Positions 16,973 to 25,127 of a stretch of DNA of 64,000 bases are shown piece after piece. The notes under the pieces were generated by a model, which was not told the origin of the DNA, did not search any database, and worked only from the letters and a program-made list of their open reading frames with translations. The position numbers and the translations under genes were made by a program. Origin of the DNA: Candidatus Saccharimonadota bacterium (GTDB taxonomy: Bacteria; Patescibacteriota; Saccharimonadia; Saccharimonadales; UBA10212); NCBI GenBank assembly GCA_022841445.1, contig JALHRM010000001.1:323777-387776 (forward strand), in the 5' to 3' direction. Numbering within the stretch: position 1 is the first letter of the stretch; each line of letters begins with the position of its first letter.

Positions 16973-18244
16973 TTGAATAAAAGCATCGTCATAAAAACGA
17001 CTGCTCGTATTACCTCGCTGCTACTGTTACTCGCAGTAGCAGGGGGGTTCGCTCTGCTACATACCCAGGGCGGAAAACTTTTCAGCGTGCAATCCGGCAG
17101 TATGGTACCTAACCTTAGCAAAGGTGATCTTGTAGCTGTGACCCGCGTTTCGGAAGGCCAGTTGGCCGTCGGGGACGTCATCACCTATACGAATCCAAAA
17201 AACATGCGCGAAACTATTACGCACCGTGTGGTAGAGCTACCCAGTTCAGCCAATGCTGGGCGGATACTTACAAAGGGTGACGCTAATCCAACCGTGGATG
17301 CTCCAATACTGCCAAGCGCGGTGGTGGGCAAGGTAGATTTTTCAGCACCATATGTTGGTGCGGTGATTGATTTTATTCGCACGCCCGTCGGGTTGCTGCT
17401 ACTTGTATACATACCGGCATTGGCAGTGATTTGGCGTGAACTGAAGCTGCTGAGCAACTACTTCCGGCGAATGCAGCCGTATATCGCGGCCTGGCGGCGA
17501 GACCGTCAGGCAAAGTCTGGCAAAGGCATGGTGATCGGGATATACGTCGGTGTGGCAACACTAATTGGCGGTATTTTAGCCATTGGACCTGTGGCGCATG
17601 CCGTATTGCTAAACCAAGCTAGCTTAACCGGCAATACAATCGCAGCCACTAATCTGCCAACCGAGCCGCCTGATCCTGGAACAGGGCAGGTATTGTTCCG
17701 CCAGCTCACGTTGCGTTGTTCGCTTGATAATACAACCACCGCTAACAAACGCCCACAAATTGTGCTGTATAACACCGAGCGTCGGACAAGCGTAGATGTA
17801 AGTGGTTGGAAGATCGCCGACAACAGCGGAATTATCGTCACCCTGCCTGCGAATACGGTAATAAAAAGAGCGCATAAACTAACCATTACTCCACTGCTAA
17901 GCAATGGGCTAGATTACGCTGGAGACAGGTTGATACTGCAAAATTCTTCCGGGCAAAACATCGACACGCTTAGCTGGGGGGCAGATACTAGCCAGTTTAA
18001 CCCATCGATTCAGGGTATGACAGCCGGTACCAAAGCCAAACGCCTGCCGGTACGAACTGACACCAATACGGCTAATGACTGGCGTCTTAACCAGAACCAA
18101 TGCCGCGGTGGGAGTGACCCGACTGCACCAGCCGGACAGGGTGGGGGCAACGACCCAGATTGCTATGACACTACCGAAACTGATCGCACAACAGTTGTTG
18201 GTATGTTCCACATACTCGAACAACAATCATCCGACGATGATTGA
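16973..18244 (+). CDS. SipW-like (S26B, ER/archaeal-type) signal peptidase I fused to a lamin-tail-domain-like C-terminal module
   Basis: RBS AGGAG then TTG 16973. N-terminal TM, SGSMVP (Ser), ITHRV (His), TKGDAN and a C-terminal TM. The frame then continues through a basic linker and a further TM. After the motif AHAVLLNQASLTGNTIAAT comes the LTD-like IVLYN...VDVSGWKIADNSG...GDRLILQNSSGQNIDTLSWG. Confidence 0.8.
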   Translation: MNKSIVIKTTARITSLLLLLAVAGGFALLHTQGGKLFSVQSGSMVPNLSKGDLVAVTRVSEGQLAVGDVITYTNPKNMRETITHRVVELPSSANAGRILTKGDANPTVDAPILPSAVVGKVDFSAPYVGAVIDFIRTPVGLLLLVYIPALAVIWRELKLLSNYFRRMQPYIAAWRRDRQAKSGKGMVIGIYVGVATLIGGILAIGPVAHAVLLNQASLTGNTIAATNLPTEPPDPGTGQVLFRQLTLRCSLDNTTTANKRPQIVLYNTERRTSVDVSGWKIADNSGIIVTLPANTVIKRAHKLTITPLLSNGLDYAGDRLILQNSSGQNIDTLSWGADTSQFNPSIQGMTAGTKAKRLPVRTDTNTANDWRLNQNQCRGGSDPTAPAGQGGGNDPDCYDTTETDRTTVVGMFHILEQQSSDDD

Positions 18245-18455
18245 ATAATCGTGTAGAGTAAAAAGTTCTATACTATATCGTTATTTCAGAATCTAGTCGT
18301 GTGGCGAGGAAGTGTTAATTCATAAATCGAGGCTAAACTCAGAGAGGATGTCGTCCAGTCACAGTAGTGAGGGATATTTGATCCCTGTAATCCTCGGCTT
18401 TCTGTGTGAGTAGTCATTAGTATCGATATCACCGTCCAACAGCGTATACTGTTAG

Positions 18456-21104
18456 GTGATGGCGGAGCGGAAGAAGTTGGCGATTATCGATGGTAAATCG
18501 GTTTTTTACCGTGGCTACTATGCCATGCCTAATCTATCAACAAAAGACGGCACGCCAACTGGCGGTGTGTACGGCTTTGCTGCCATGGGTCTCGAACTTA
18601 TAAAACGCCTCAAGCCCGACTATGTCTGTGTCGCCTGGGACAAACCCAAAACCAACATACGCCGTCGGCTAGAACTATACCCACAGTACAAGGCAAATCG
18701 TAAGCCACCACCAGCTGATTTTTATGCTCAAATACCAATATTGCATGAACTGCTGGATGCATTTAGCTGGCCGTTATATGAGTTAGATGATTACGAAGCC
18801 GACGATATTATGGGTGCACTAGCCGTCCAGGCACGAGAAAAAGATGTAGAAACCATGCTGATTACCAGCGACCTCGACATGCTGCAGCTTATCAATGGTC
18901 ATGTTAAAGTCTATGCACTCAAAAAAGGCTTCAGCCAGATCGAGGAATATCACCCGGAAAGTTTTGAACAAAAATATGGCATCAGTCACGAACAATTCTT
19001 GGATCTAAAATCACTGAAAGGGGATAGCTCTGATAACATTCCTGGCGTGCCTGGCATTGGTGAAAAAACGGCGATCACTTTGCTACAAGAATATAAGACC
19101 TTGGACGGCGTGTATGAGAACGTTGACCTCGTCAAAGAGAGCGTCGCGAAAAAGCTGATAGCGGGCAAGGAATCAGCCTACCTAAGCAAGGAAATAGCTC
19201 GTATTTGGACAGATGCACCAGTCCCACTCGATTTGCCGGCTATGGATGGTACTAACATCGATACCGCTCGCTTGGCAGAAATGCTCAGGAAGCTCGAATT
19301 TCGAAGTTTATTACGACAATTACCGCAGAACATGCAGGGCGATGTGCCGGAAGTCGATACCATCGCAGGCTCGGAACTAAAACTGCCCAAAATGACCATC
19401 ATCGACAAGCAGTCAACCCTCGCCAAGCTGGATTTTTCTAAAGCGAAAGAATTGGTCATCCATTCCCGCTCGGCCGGTAAACATGGCAAGAATCCCCAGT
19501 ACTTGCTGTTGCAGCCGGATGGTGGGGAGGCCTATGTTATCAATCTTGCCAAGATATCTCCTAAGCAATTTTTTGATCATATGAGTCCGGTCCTTTTCAA
19601 TTCCAAGTTGAAGCTCGTCGGCTTCAATATAAAAAACGATATAAAAGTCTTGTACGAACTGCTATGTGATTATCCGTATAACGTATTTGATGTGCAAAAC
19701 GGCGCATTTTTACTAAACTGCTTGGTACGTTCCCAGACACTGACCGACCTCGCCACTGAAGGGATTGGTTTCGAAGGCTCATCATTCGAAAGCCTGCCTG
19801 ACGAAGATTTTGTTCAACGTGCACCCGAGATACTGGCCGTTATTAGCGAGCTGTACAAAAAACAGTCAGCCGATATTAAAGACATACCTCGGCTGGAAAC
19901 TATGGCTAACGAGGTTGAGTGGCCGGTCGTGCCCGTCTTGGCCGCGATGGAGTATCAAGGTATAAAGCTGGATGGTAAGTACCTCAAGAAATTCTCCAAA
20001 GAATTGGAAGGTTTGATATCGGACTACGAGGAACAGATTTACGGTCATGCTGATTTTGAGTTCAATATCGGCTCGCCCTCACAGCTGGCAGACGTATTGT
20101 TCACAAAACTAGGTTTGCCGACCGAATTTATCAAGAAGGGTAAGACCGGTTACTCAACCGCGGCGAGCGAGCTAGACAAGCTCCGCGGAGTGCATCCGAT
20201 TATAAACCTAATTACTCAGTTCCGCGAAGTCACCAAACTCAAAAACACGTATGTTGATACGCTCCCTGAGATGGTTGATGAGAACGACCGTCTGCATACA
20301 ACGTTCAATATGACCATGGCGCAGACCGGCCGGCTATCGAGTATCGACCCTAATTTGCAGAATATCCCGGTTCGTACTGATCTTGGCAAGCGTATCCGCA
20401 CGGCTTTTGTAGCTGGCAATAAAAACGTATTCGTAAGTGGCGACTACAGTCAATTCGAACTTCGCTTGGCTGCCGTATTGTCGGGCGACAAAGAACTTAT
20501 CGAACTTTTTAACGAAGATGCCGACATCCACGTAATGACCGCGGCGGCCGTACATGGCATTAAGCCGGAAGATGTCACAAAGCAGCAGCGATACGAAGCC
20601 AAGGCGGTGAATTTCGGGATTCTGTACGGTCAGGGTCCGCATGGTTTGGCTGTTGGTACCGGTATGACATTTGCCGACGCTCGTGACTTTATCAAGCGCT
20701 ACTTTGAAATTCGGCCGAAATTCAAAGAATATATCGAATCTACACGCAAGAAAGCCGAAGAGCAGGGGTATGTCGAAACGCTACTTGGCCGTCGTCGACC
20801 GACTCCGGATGTTAAAAGTAGTAACTTCGCCGTGCGCGAAGCGGCCTTTCGTGCCGCCATCAACATGCCGGTACAAGGCACAGCTGCAGATCTTACCAAG
20901 CTGGCCATGACCGCTATCAGTAAAAAGCTGGGCGAAGGGATGCACCAACTGCTCCAAATACATGACAGCATTCTTGTGGAATGCCATGAAGACCAGGCCA
21001 CTGGCGTTGAAAAAATCTTGAAAGAAACTATGGAAAGTGTCTATGAGCTGCCAGTCAAACTTAAAGTTGATGTCAGCACCGGGAAAAACTGGGGTGAGCT
21101 CTGA
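18456..21104 (+). CDS. polA: DNA polymerase I
   Basis: 5' nuclease domain (GDSSDNIPGVPGIGEKTA). Pol motifs: A DYSQFELRLAA, B RYEAKAVNFGILYG, C LLQIHDSILVE. The start is GTG 18456 or ATG 18459. Confidence 0.95.
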   Translation: MMAERKKLAIIDGKSVFYRGYYAMPNLSTKDGTPTGGVYGFAAMGLELIKRLKPDYVCVAWDKPKTNIRRRLELYPQYKANRKPPPADFYAQIPILHELLDAFSWPLYELDDYEADDIMGALAVQAREKDVETMLITSDLDMLQLINGHVKVYALKKGFSQIEEYHPESFEQKYGISHEQFLDLKSLKGDSSDNIPGVPGIGEKTAITLLQEYKTLDGVYENVDLVKESVAKKLIAGKESAYLSKEIARIWTDAPVPLDLPAMDGTNIDTARLAEMLRKLEFRSLLRQLPQNMQGDVPEVDTIAGSELKLPKMTIIDKQSTLAKLDFSKAKELVIHSRSAGKHGKNPQYLLLQPDGGEAYVINLAKISPKQFFDHMSPVLFNSKLKLVGFNIKNDIKVLYELLCDYPYNVFDVQNGAFLLNCLVRSQTLTDLATEGIGFEGSSFESLPDEDFVQRAPEILAVISELYKKQSADIKDIPRLETMANEVEWPVVPVLAAMEYQGIKLDGKYLKKFSKELEGLISDYEEQIYGHADFEFNIGSPSQLADVLFTKLGLPTEFIKKGKTGYSTAASELDKLRGVHPIINLITQFREVTKLKNTYVDTLPEMVDENDRLHTTFNMTMAQTGRLSSIDPNLQNIPVRTDLGKRIRTAFVAGNKNVFVSGDYSQFELRLAAVLSGDKELIELFNEDADIHVMTAAAVHGIKPEDVTKQQRYEAKAVNFGILYGQGPHGLAVGTGMTFADARDFIKRYFEIRPKFKEYIESTRKKAEEQGYVETLLGRRRPTPDVKSSNFAVREAAFRAAINMPVQGTAADLTKLAMTAISKKLGEGMHQLLQIHDSILVECHEDQATGVEKILKETMESVYELPVKLKVDVSTGKNWGEL

Positions 21105-21667
21105 TGCCCCTAGATGAACTATTGGATATAGTAGATGAGCACGACCATACGACAAGTCAGGTAGTTACGAAACAGGTGGCGCATGATCAGTTGCTCCCGC
21201 ATCGGGTTGCTGCAGTATTTGTATTCACTACTAGCGGAAAATTATTAGTACAGGCTCATAAATCATACAAAAGACGACTTGATCATAGCGTAGGAGGGCA
21301 TGTTGATGCCGGAGAGGATTATCTAACTGCCGCTAAGCGCGAGATGCAGGAAGAAATCGGACTAAGTACACAACTCCAAGAAGTTGCGCTGCATGTCGGT
21401 CCTGTCAAGAGAAAAACAAGTAACGGCGGCAAAGATCCGCATTGTTACGGCATATATAGAACCGAAGCGCCCAAGAATTGGAAGTTTATCCCAAATGACG
21501 AGGTTGACCAGCTGATTGAAATGAGTCTAGAAGAAATCGTCAAAGACATGAACCAAAACCCGAATGCTTACTTGACCGGATTTTTACGGACACTTGCCGT
21601 TTATCTAAAAGTTAGCGGTTCAGACCTGCGCATTGAAGTTGATGGCATTGATTGGGGCGAACTGTGA
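21104..21667 (+). CDS. Nudix hydrolase (IDI-like N-terminal region)
   Basis: Nudix box GGHVDAGEDYLTAAKREMQEEIGL. The ATG overlaps the polA TGA (TGATG). Confidence 0.8.
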   Translation: MPLDELLDIVDEHDHTTSQVVTKQVAHDQLLPHRVAAVFVFTTSGKLLVQAHKSYKRRLDHSVGGHVDAGEDYLTAAKREMQEEIGLSTQLQEVALHVGPVKRKTSNGGKDPHCYGIYRTEAPKNWKFIPNDEVDQLIEMSLEEIVKDMNQNPNAYLTGFLRTLAVYLKVSGSDLRIEVDGIDWGEL

Positions 21668-22077
21668 GTGATTACGAAGTTCATAAGGCCGCTGGGATAA
21701 TGCTTCGCGGTCGCAAGCAGCTTGTGGTGCGATCCAAAAACCGTCAGCATTTTGTGGAACCTGGCGGTAAATTGGATGCTGGCGAAACATCAGAACAAGC
21801 CTTGGTGCGCGAACTCAATGAAGAACTTAGTATCGATGTAGAAGAATCTGATTTGGAGTTCTTCGGTACGTACTATGCCATTGCGGCCGGTTCGAGTCGT
21901 AAAAAACTTCGCATGGATGTTTATATGGTTAATACCTGGAAGGGCGACCCAAAACCAAGTCGCGAAATCAAAGAACTCGCCTGGATTAGCTCCACTATTC
22001 CAGAAGGCATGAAGGTCGGCTCAATCCTCGAACACGATGTCATCCCACACCTTCTCGCACAAAACCTCATCGACTAG
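21652..22077 (+). CDS. Nudix hydrolase (MutT-like)
   Basis: Nudix box GGKLDAGETSEQALVRELNEELSI. It overlaps the upstream gene; an alternative GTG at 21664 would give a GTGA overlap. Confidence 0.8.
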   Translation: MGRTVSDYEVHKAAGIMLRGRKQLVVRSKNRQHFVEPGGKLDAGETSEQALVRELNEELSIDVEESDLEFFGTYYAIAAGSSRKKLRMDVYMVNTWKGDPKPSREIKELAWISSTIPEGMKVGSILEHDVIPHLLAQNLID

Positions 22078-22091
22078 CTATACTAGTAGTA

Positions 22092-22487
22092 ATGAGGACA
22101 TTTCGATTCAACAAATTAATTCGAGATAATGTGCTTGATGCGATGCAAAAAGAAGGCCAGACCGTCGAATACAATACGCTCAATAAGAAAGAATTTGTTC
22201 GTGCACTGCACGCTAAATTGCTGGAAGAAACGAATGAGTTTGACCCTACTGATCAGAAAGTTACCGAAGAGTTTGCTGACTTGCTCGAAGTTATCGAGCA
22301 ACTCGCCACTGAACTTAAAATTCCAATGGCAAAGGTCTTAAAGGCAAAAGACGAAAAACGTCAGAAAAATGGTGCTTTTGATAAAAAAATATTTGTAGAG
22401 ACGATAACCCTGCAAGATACTGACCCATGGGTTGAGTACTTTGTTGATCACCAAGATAAGTATCCGGAGGTGAAGCAAGGTGTCTGA
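22092..22487 (+). CDS. MazG-like / PRA-PH-like nucleoside triphosphate pyrophosphohydrolase
   Basis: All-alpha, 131 aa: KLIRDNV...LHAKLLEETNEF...EEFADLLEVIEQLA, typical of the all-alpha NTP-PPase superfamily. Confidence 0.65.
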   Translation: MRTFRFNKLIRDNVLDAMQKEGQTVEYNTLNKKEFVRALHAKLLEETNEFDPTDQKVTEEFADLLEVIEQLATELKIPMAKVLKAKDEKRQKNGAFDKKIFVETITLQDTDPWVEYFVDHQDKYPEVKQGV

Positions 22488-22908
22488 AAATAAACCTGAG
22501 ATGAAAAAGTTTTTTGTAGGAGTTAAGGCAATAATCGAAGACCCCGAAAAGGGGGTACTTCTACTTAAAGTGTCTCGCGAAAATCGCAGCTTTTGGGAAG
22601 GCCCGGGTGGCCGGATTGATGACAACGAAACTTTTACCGAAACGCTTACCCGCGAGTTAAATGAAGAACTGCCTGGATCAAATAATGTCCAAATACTGGA
22701 ACTGCTCGGTAGTGAGCGAATTCACCGAGACATCGAAGAAAACACCGGGTTGATTCTACTCTATTACGAAGTCACTCTTGATTTGCCTAATCCAATTAAG
22801 CTTAGCCATGAACATGTGGATTACACGTGGCTGTCAAAAAACAACACGATCCCCAAGCCATGTGATGCCGGACTTAGGAGAATACTGGAAGACTGGCAAA
22901 AATCGTGA
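22480..22908 (+). CDS. Nudix hydrolase
   Basis: Nudix box PGGRIDDNETFTETLTRELNEELPG. GTG 22480 overlaps the upstream stop by 8 nt. Confidence 0.8.
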   Translation: MSENKPEMKKFFVGVKAIIEDPEKGVLLLKVSRENRSFWEGPGGRIDDNETFTETLTRELNEELPGSNNVQILELLGSERIHRDIEENTGLILLYYEVTLDLPNPIKLSHEHVDYTWLSKNNTIPKPCDAGLRRILEDWQKS

Positions 22909-23486
22909 TTAAGGCTATCATTTTCGATTTTTTTGGAGTGATTGCCAACGATGGGTGGCTGCCGTTTAAGTCCAAGTATTTTGGTCATGACGAAATAATG
23001 AGGCAAAAAGCCACGCTTCTTAACAGGCGCTCAGATGCCGGGCTTGAATCGTATGATGATTTTATTTCTAAAATAGCGGATTTAGCGTCACTGTCTGAGG
23101 CCGAAACCCGCAAAGAAATAGAAAATAACCCCGCTAATGTAAGGTTGATTGACTATATTCAGGTGCGATTGAATGGCAGATACAAGCTCGGATTGCTTTC
23201 TAACGCCTCCGCTGATTGGCTGGATCGCATTATAGGCCACAACGCAGCCGGACTTTTTGACAAAAAGTGTCTTTCATTCGAAACAGGACACCTAAAACCT
23301 GACCCATATGCGTACCGCGACATACTCGAAAAGTTGGAGGTTCAACCAAACGAATCGATATTTATAGACGACCAGCCAAGGTGTGTTGAGGGGGCAAGCG
23401 CGGTGGGTATCCATTCATTGCACTATCTTGATTTTGATTCAATGCGTACCGAACTTGAAACACTGCTAGCCGATTCGAATAACTAG
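22905..23486 (+). CDS. HAD-superfamily hydrolase (phosphatase-like)
   Basis: Motif I IIFDFFGVI, motif II LLSNAS, and a C-terminal FIDD acidic motif. GTGA overlap with the upstream gene. Confidence 0.75.
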   Translation: MIKAIIFDFFGVIANDGWLPFKSKYFGHDEIMRQKATLLNRRSDAGLESYDDFISKIADLASLSEAETRKEIENNPANVRLIDYIQVRLNGRYKLGLLSNASADWLDRIIGHNAAGLFDKKCLSFETGHLKPDPYAYRDILEKLEVQPNESIFIDDQPRCVEGASAVGIHSLHYLDFDSMRTELETLLADSNN

Positions 23487-23708
23487 TCGCTTGCTAACAT
23501 TGCAGGTCTCTTTCAGGTGCGCCTGGTTTAACCTGAGTTCATTAGCGAGCGGAGCACTCTTCACGCTTATTGTAATTTCGCGTTCTTTTATTTCGATCCG
23601 GCAATTCGCCTGGTAGCGGCGCTTTATGTAGTCCTTTATCTGGTCTATCTCTGCAGGGGGCTCAAAACTTCTTCCCCCCAAGATATGCTGCAAACTGTCC
23701 ATAGACAT
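23466..23708 (-). CDS. small DUF721/DciA-like protein
   Basis: 80 aa. ...ITISVKSAPLANELRLNQAHLKE...KRLVIRIG resembles the DUF721 pattern, in which a strand is followed by A.EL...L and then a terminal I.I..G. This is a weak call. Confidence 0.4.
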   Translation of the reverse strand: MSMDSLQHILGGRSFEPPAEIDQIKDYIKRRYQANCRIEIKEREITISVKSAPLANELRLNQAHLKETCNVSKRLVIRIG

Positions 23709-23871
23709 ACATTGTACCCCAGCGTGTGACTTGATTAATTACGTTTAATATGCTAATGTATATTTAGCTCAACAATATAAAAAGTAAGATAAATCGGCTA
23801 AGCTTGTACATTATGTCGCAAAAGGGTAAAGTATAGGACAATATTTGTTCTTCAAAAGAGAAGATGCGTTT

Positions 23872-25089
23872 ATGAGTATAGATAGACAACCCATCCATTT
23901 CGGGCCAGATTCATCAAAGGTCGGCATTGACCCTGCTTTTCGTATTGCTCCTGTTGACCCATTGGTGATTACTCCTGTTGACTCTACACTTATTGATTCA
24001 CAGAGAACTCTCAATAGTATCGAGACACCCGAACAGCATGGTGCTGTAGCTGGGATCATTAATTATTTGGCGCCCGTTTTGTCGCAGCATGTAAAGCCGG
24101 ATGGTTTTAGTGCTCAAGCGCGTGGTTCACTTGAAGGGCATATGCCTTCAGACGTGGTGGACTCTTTTGAACGTGGTAGTTTGCTGCCAGTCGCAAATCA
24201 AATGAGTAGGTTTACAGAGGCGTTTCAGAGTTTTGATCCAAAAGTTGCAGCCAAGGTATTGGAAGCGCTTGTCGCCAGAGCGGTAATGACAGTCAATGCA
24301 CCACCTGATGAGTTTGACGTACAAGCTATTGTTCGCGAGCTAAGTGCCGCACAATTAACGCTAGACAAACTCCAAGCAGACTCTGAGCTGCTGGCAGAGC
24401 TCGTCGACGTTGATACGGGCGAGCAATTTCCTGGTATTGGAGTAGACGTTCAAAGACGCGGTGGTGGTAGTCGGTCACTGACCATTCTTCCAGTAACTGT
24501 ACCAATGAGTGTGCTGGATTCTGGGAATGGCGTTATAGCTTATAAACAGCCTAAGGTTAGAGCCGAATCCCGATTTGTGCGTGATGGTAACAAAGTCTTA
24601 CTTGGTATTGGATACACAGATGATATAGTGCTCAGCGAAGACAACCTTGGCAGGCTGGCTGGCGAAATTAAACCGTTACTAAAGCAACCGCGTAAAAGAC
24701 TATGGTTAACAAGCGGGCTGACTATCAAGGAGGTTGGTGCCGATGACAGCGTGATTTCATCTGAGTCAGAGGACGCTCTTGATCCACTTGACGATTTGCC
24801 AACAACCCACACCGACCAACCCGTTGTTCAGCAGGGTGTTACAGAAAAATCTAGACCAGTGATTGTTCCCGAGGGAATGGCTGGTGCATATTGGTTACAG
24901 GGAAGAGCTGGCGAAATTGATACTGTCATCCCTCAGGCAGATTTACGCGGCGAGATAGGTGCAATAAGAGCGGCTATAAGGGCTCAAGAAATATTAGCCA
25001 AACAAGGTGCAGAGGTTGACCCAGTAACGGCAATGTTTATTGGACGCGCCATAGCGTCTCACGAGGAACAATCGCCTCAGGACAGTTAA
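23872..25089 (+). CDS. hypothetical cytosolic protein (orphan, 405 aa)
   Basis: ATG 23872 (MSIDRQPIHFG...) lies behind an AT-rich divergent promoter region. No TM, signal peptide or known motif. Confidence 0.5.
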   Translation: MSIDRQPIHFGPDSSKVGIDPAFRIAPVDPLVITPVDSTLIDSQRTLNSIETPEQHGAVAGIINYLAPVLSQHVKPDGFSAQARGSLEGHMPSDVVDSFERGSLLPVANQMSRFTEAFQSFDPKVAAKVLEALVARAVMTVNAPPDEFDVQAIVRELSAAQLTLDKLQADSELLAELVDVDTGEQFPGIGVDVQRRGGGSRSLTILPVTVPMSVLDSGNGVIAYKQPKVRAESRFVRDGNKVLLGIGYTDDIVLSEDNLGRLAGEIKPLLKQPRKRLWLTSGLTIKEVGADDSVISSESEDALDPLDDLPTTHTDQPVVQQGVTEKSRPVIVPEGMAGAYWLQGRAGEIDTVIPQADLRGEIGAIRAAIRAQEILAKQGAEVDPVTAMFIGRAIASHEEQSPQDS

Positions 25090-25127
25090 CACCTACTTAG
25101 CAGTACATTAACTTATAATGAGTGTTA

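Noticed and set aside
25122-25127. GTG 25122 as the mutM start, and similar upstream track starts at 12767, 46094, 7639, 6385 and 15725
   Set aside because: Fpg needs Pro2 as its N-terminal nucleophile, which only ATG 25128 provides. In the other cases a downstream ATG or GTG has a proper RBS and avoids long overlaps with the preceding gene.
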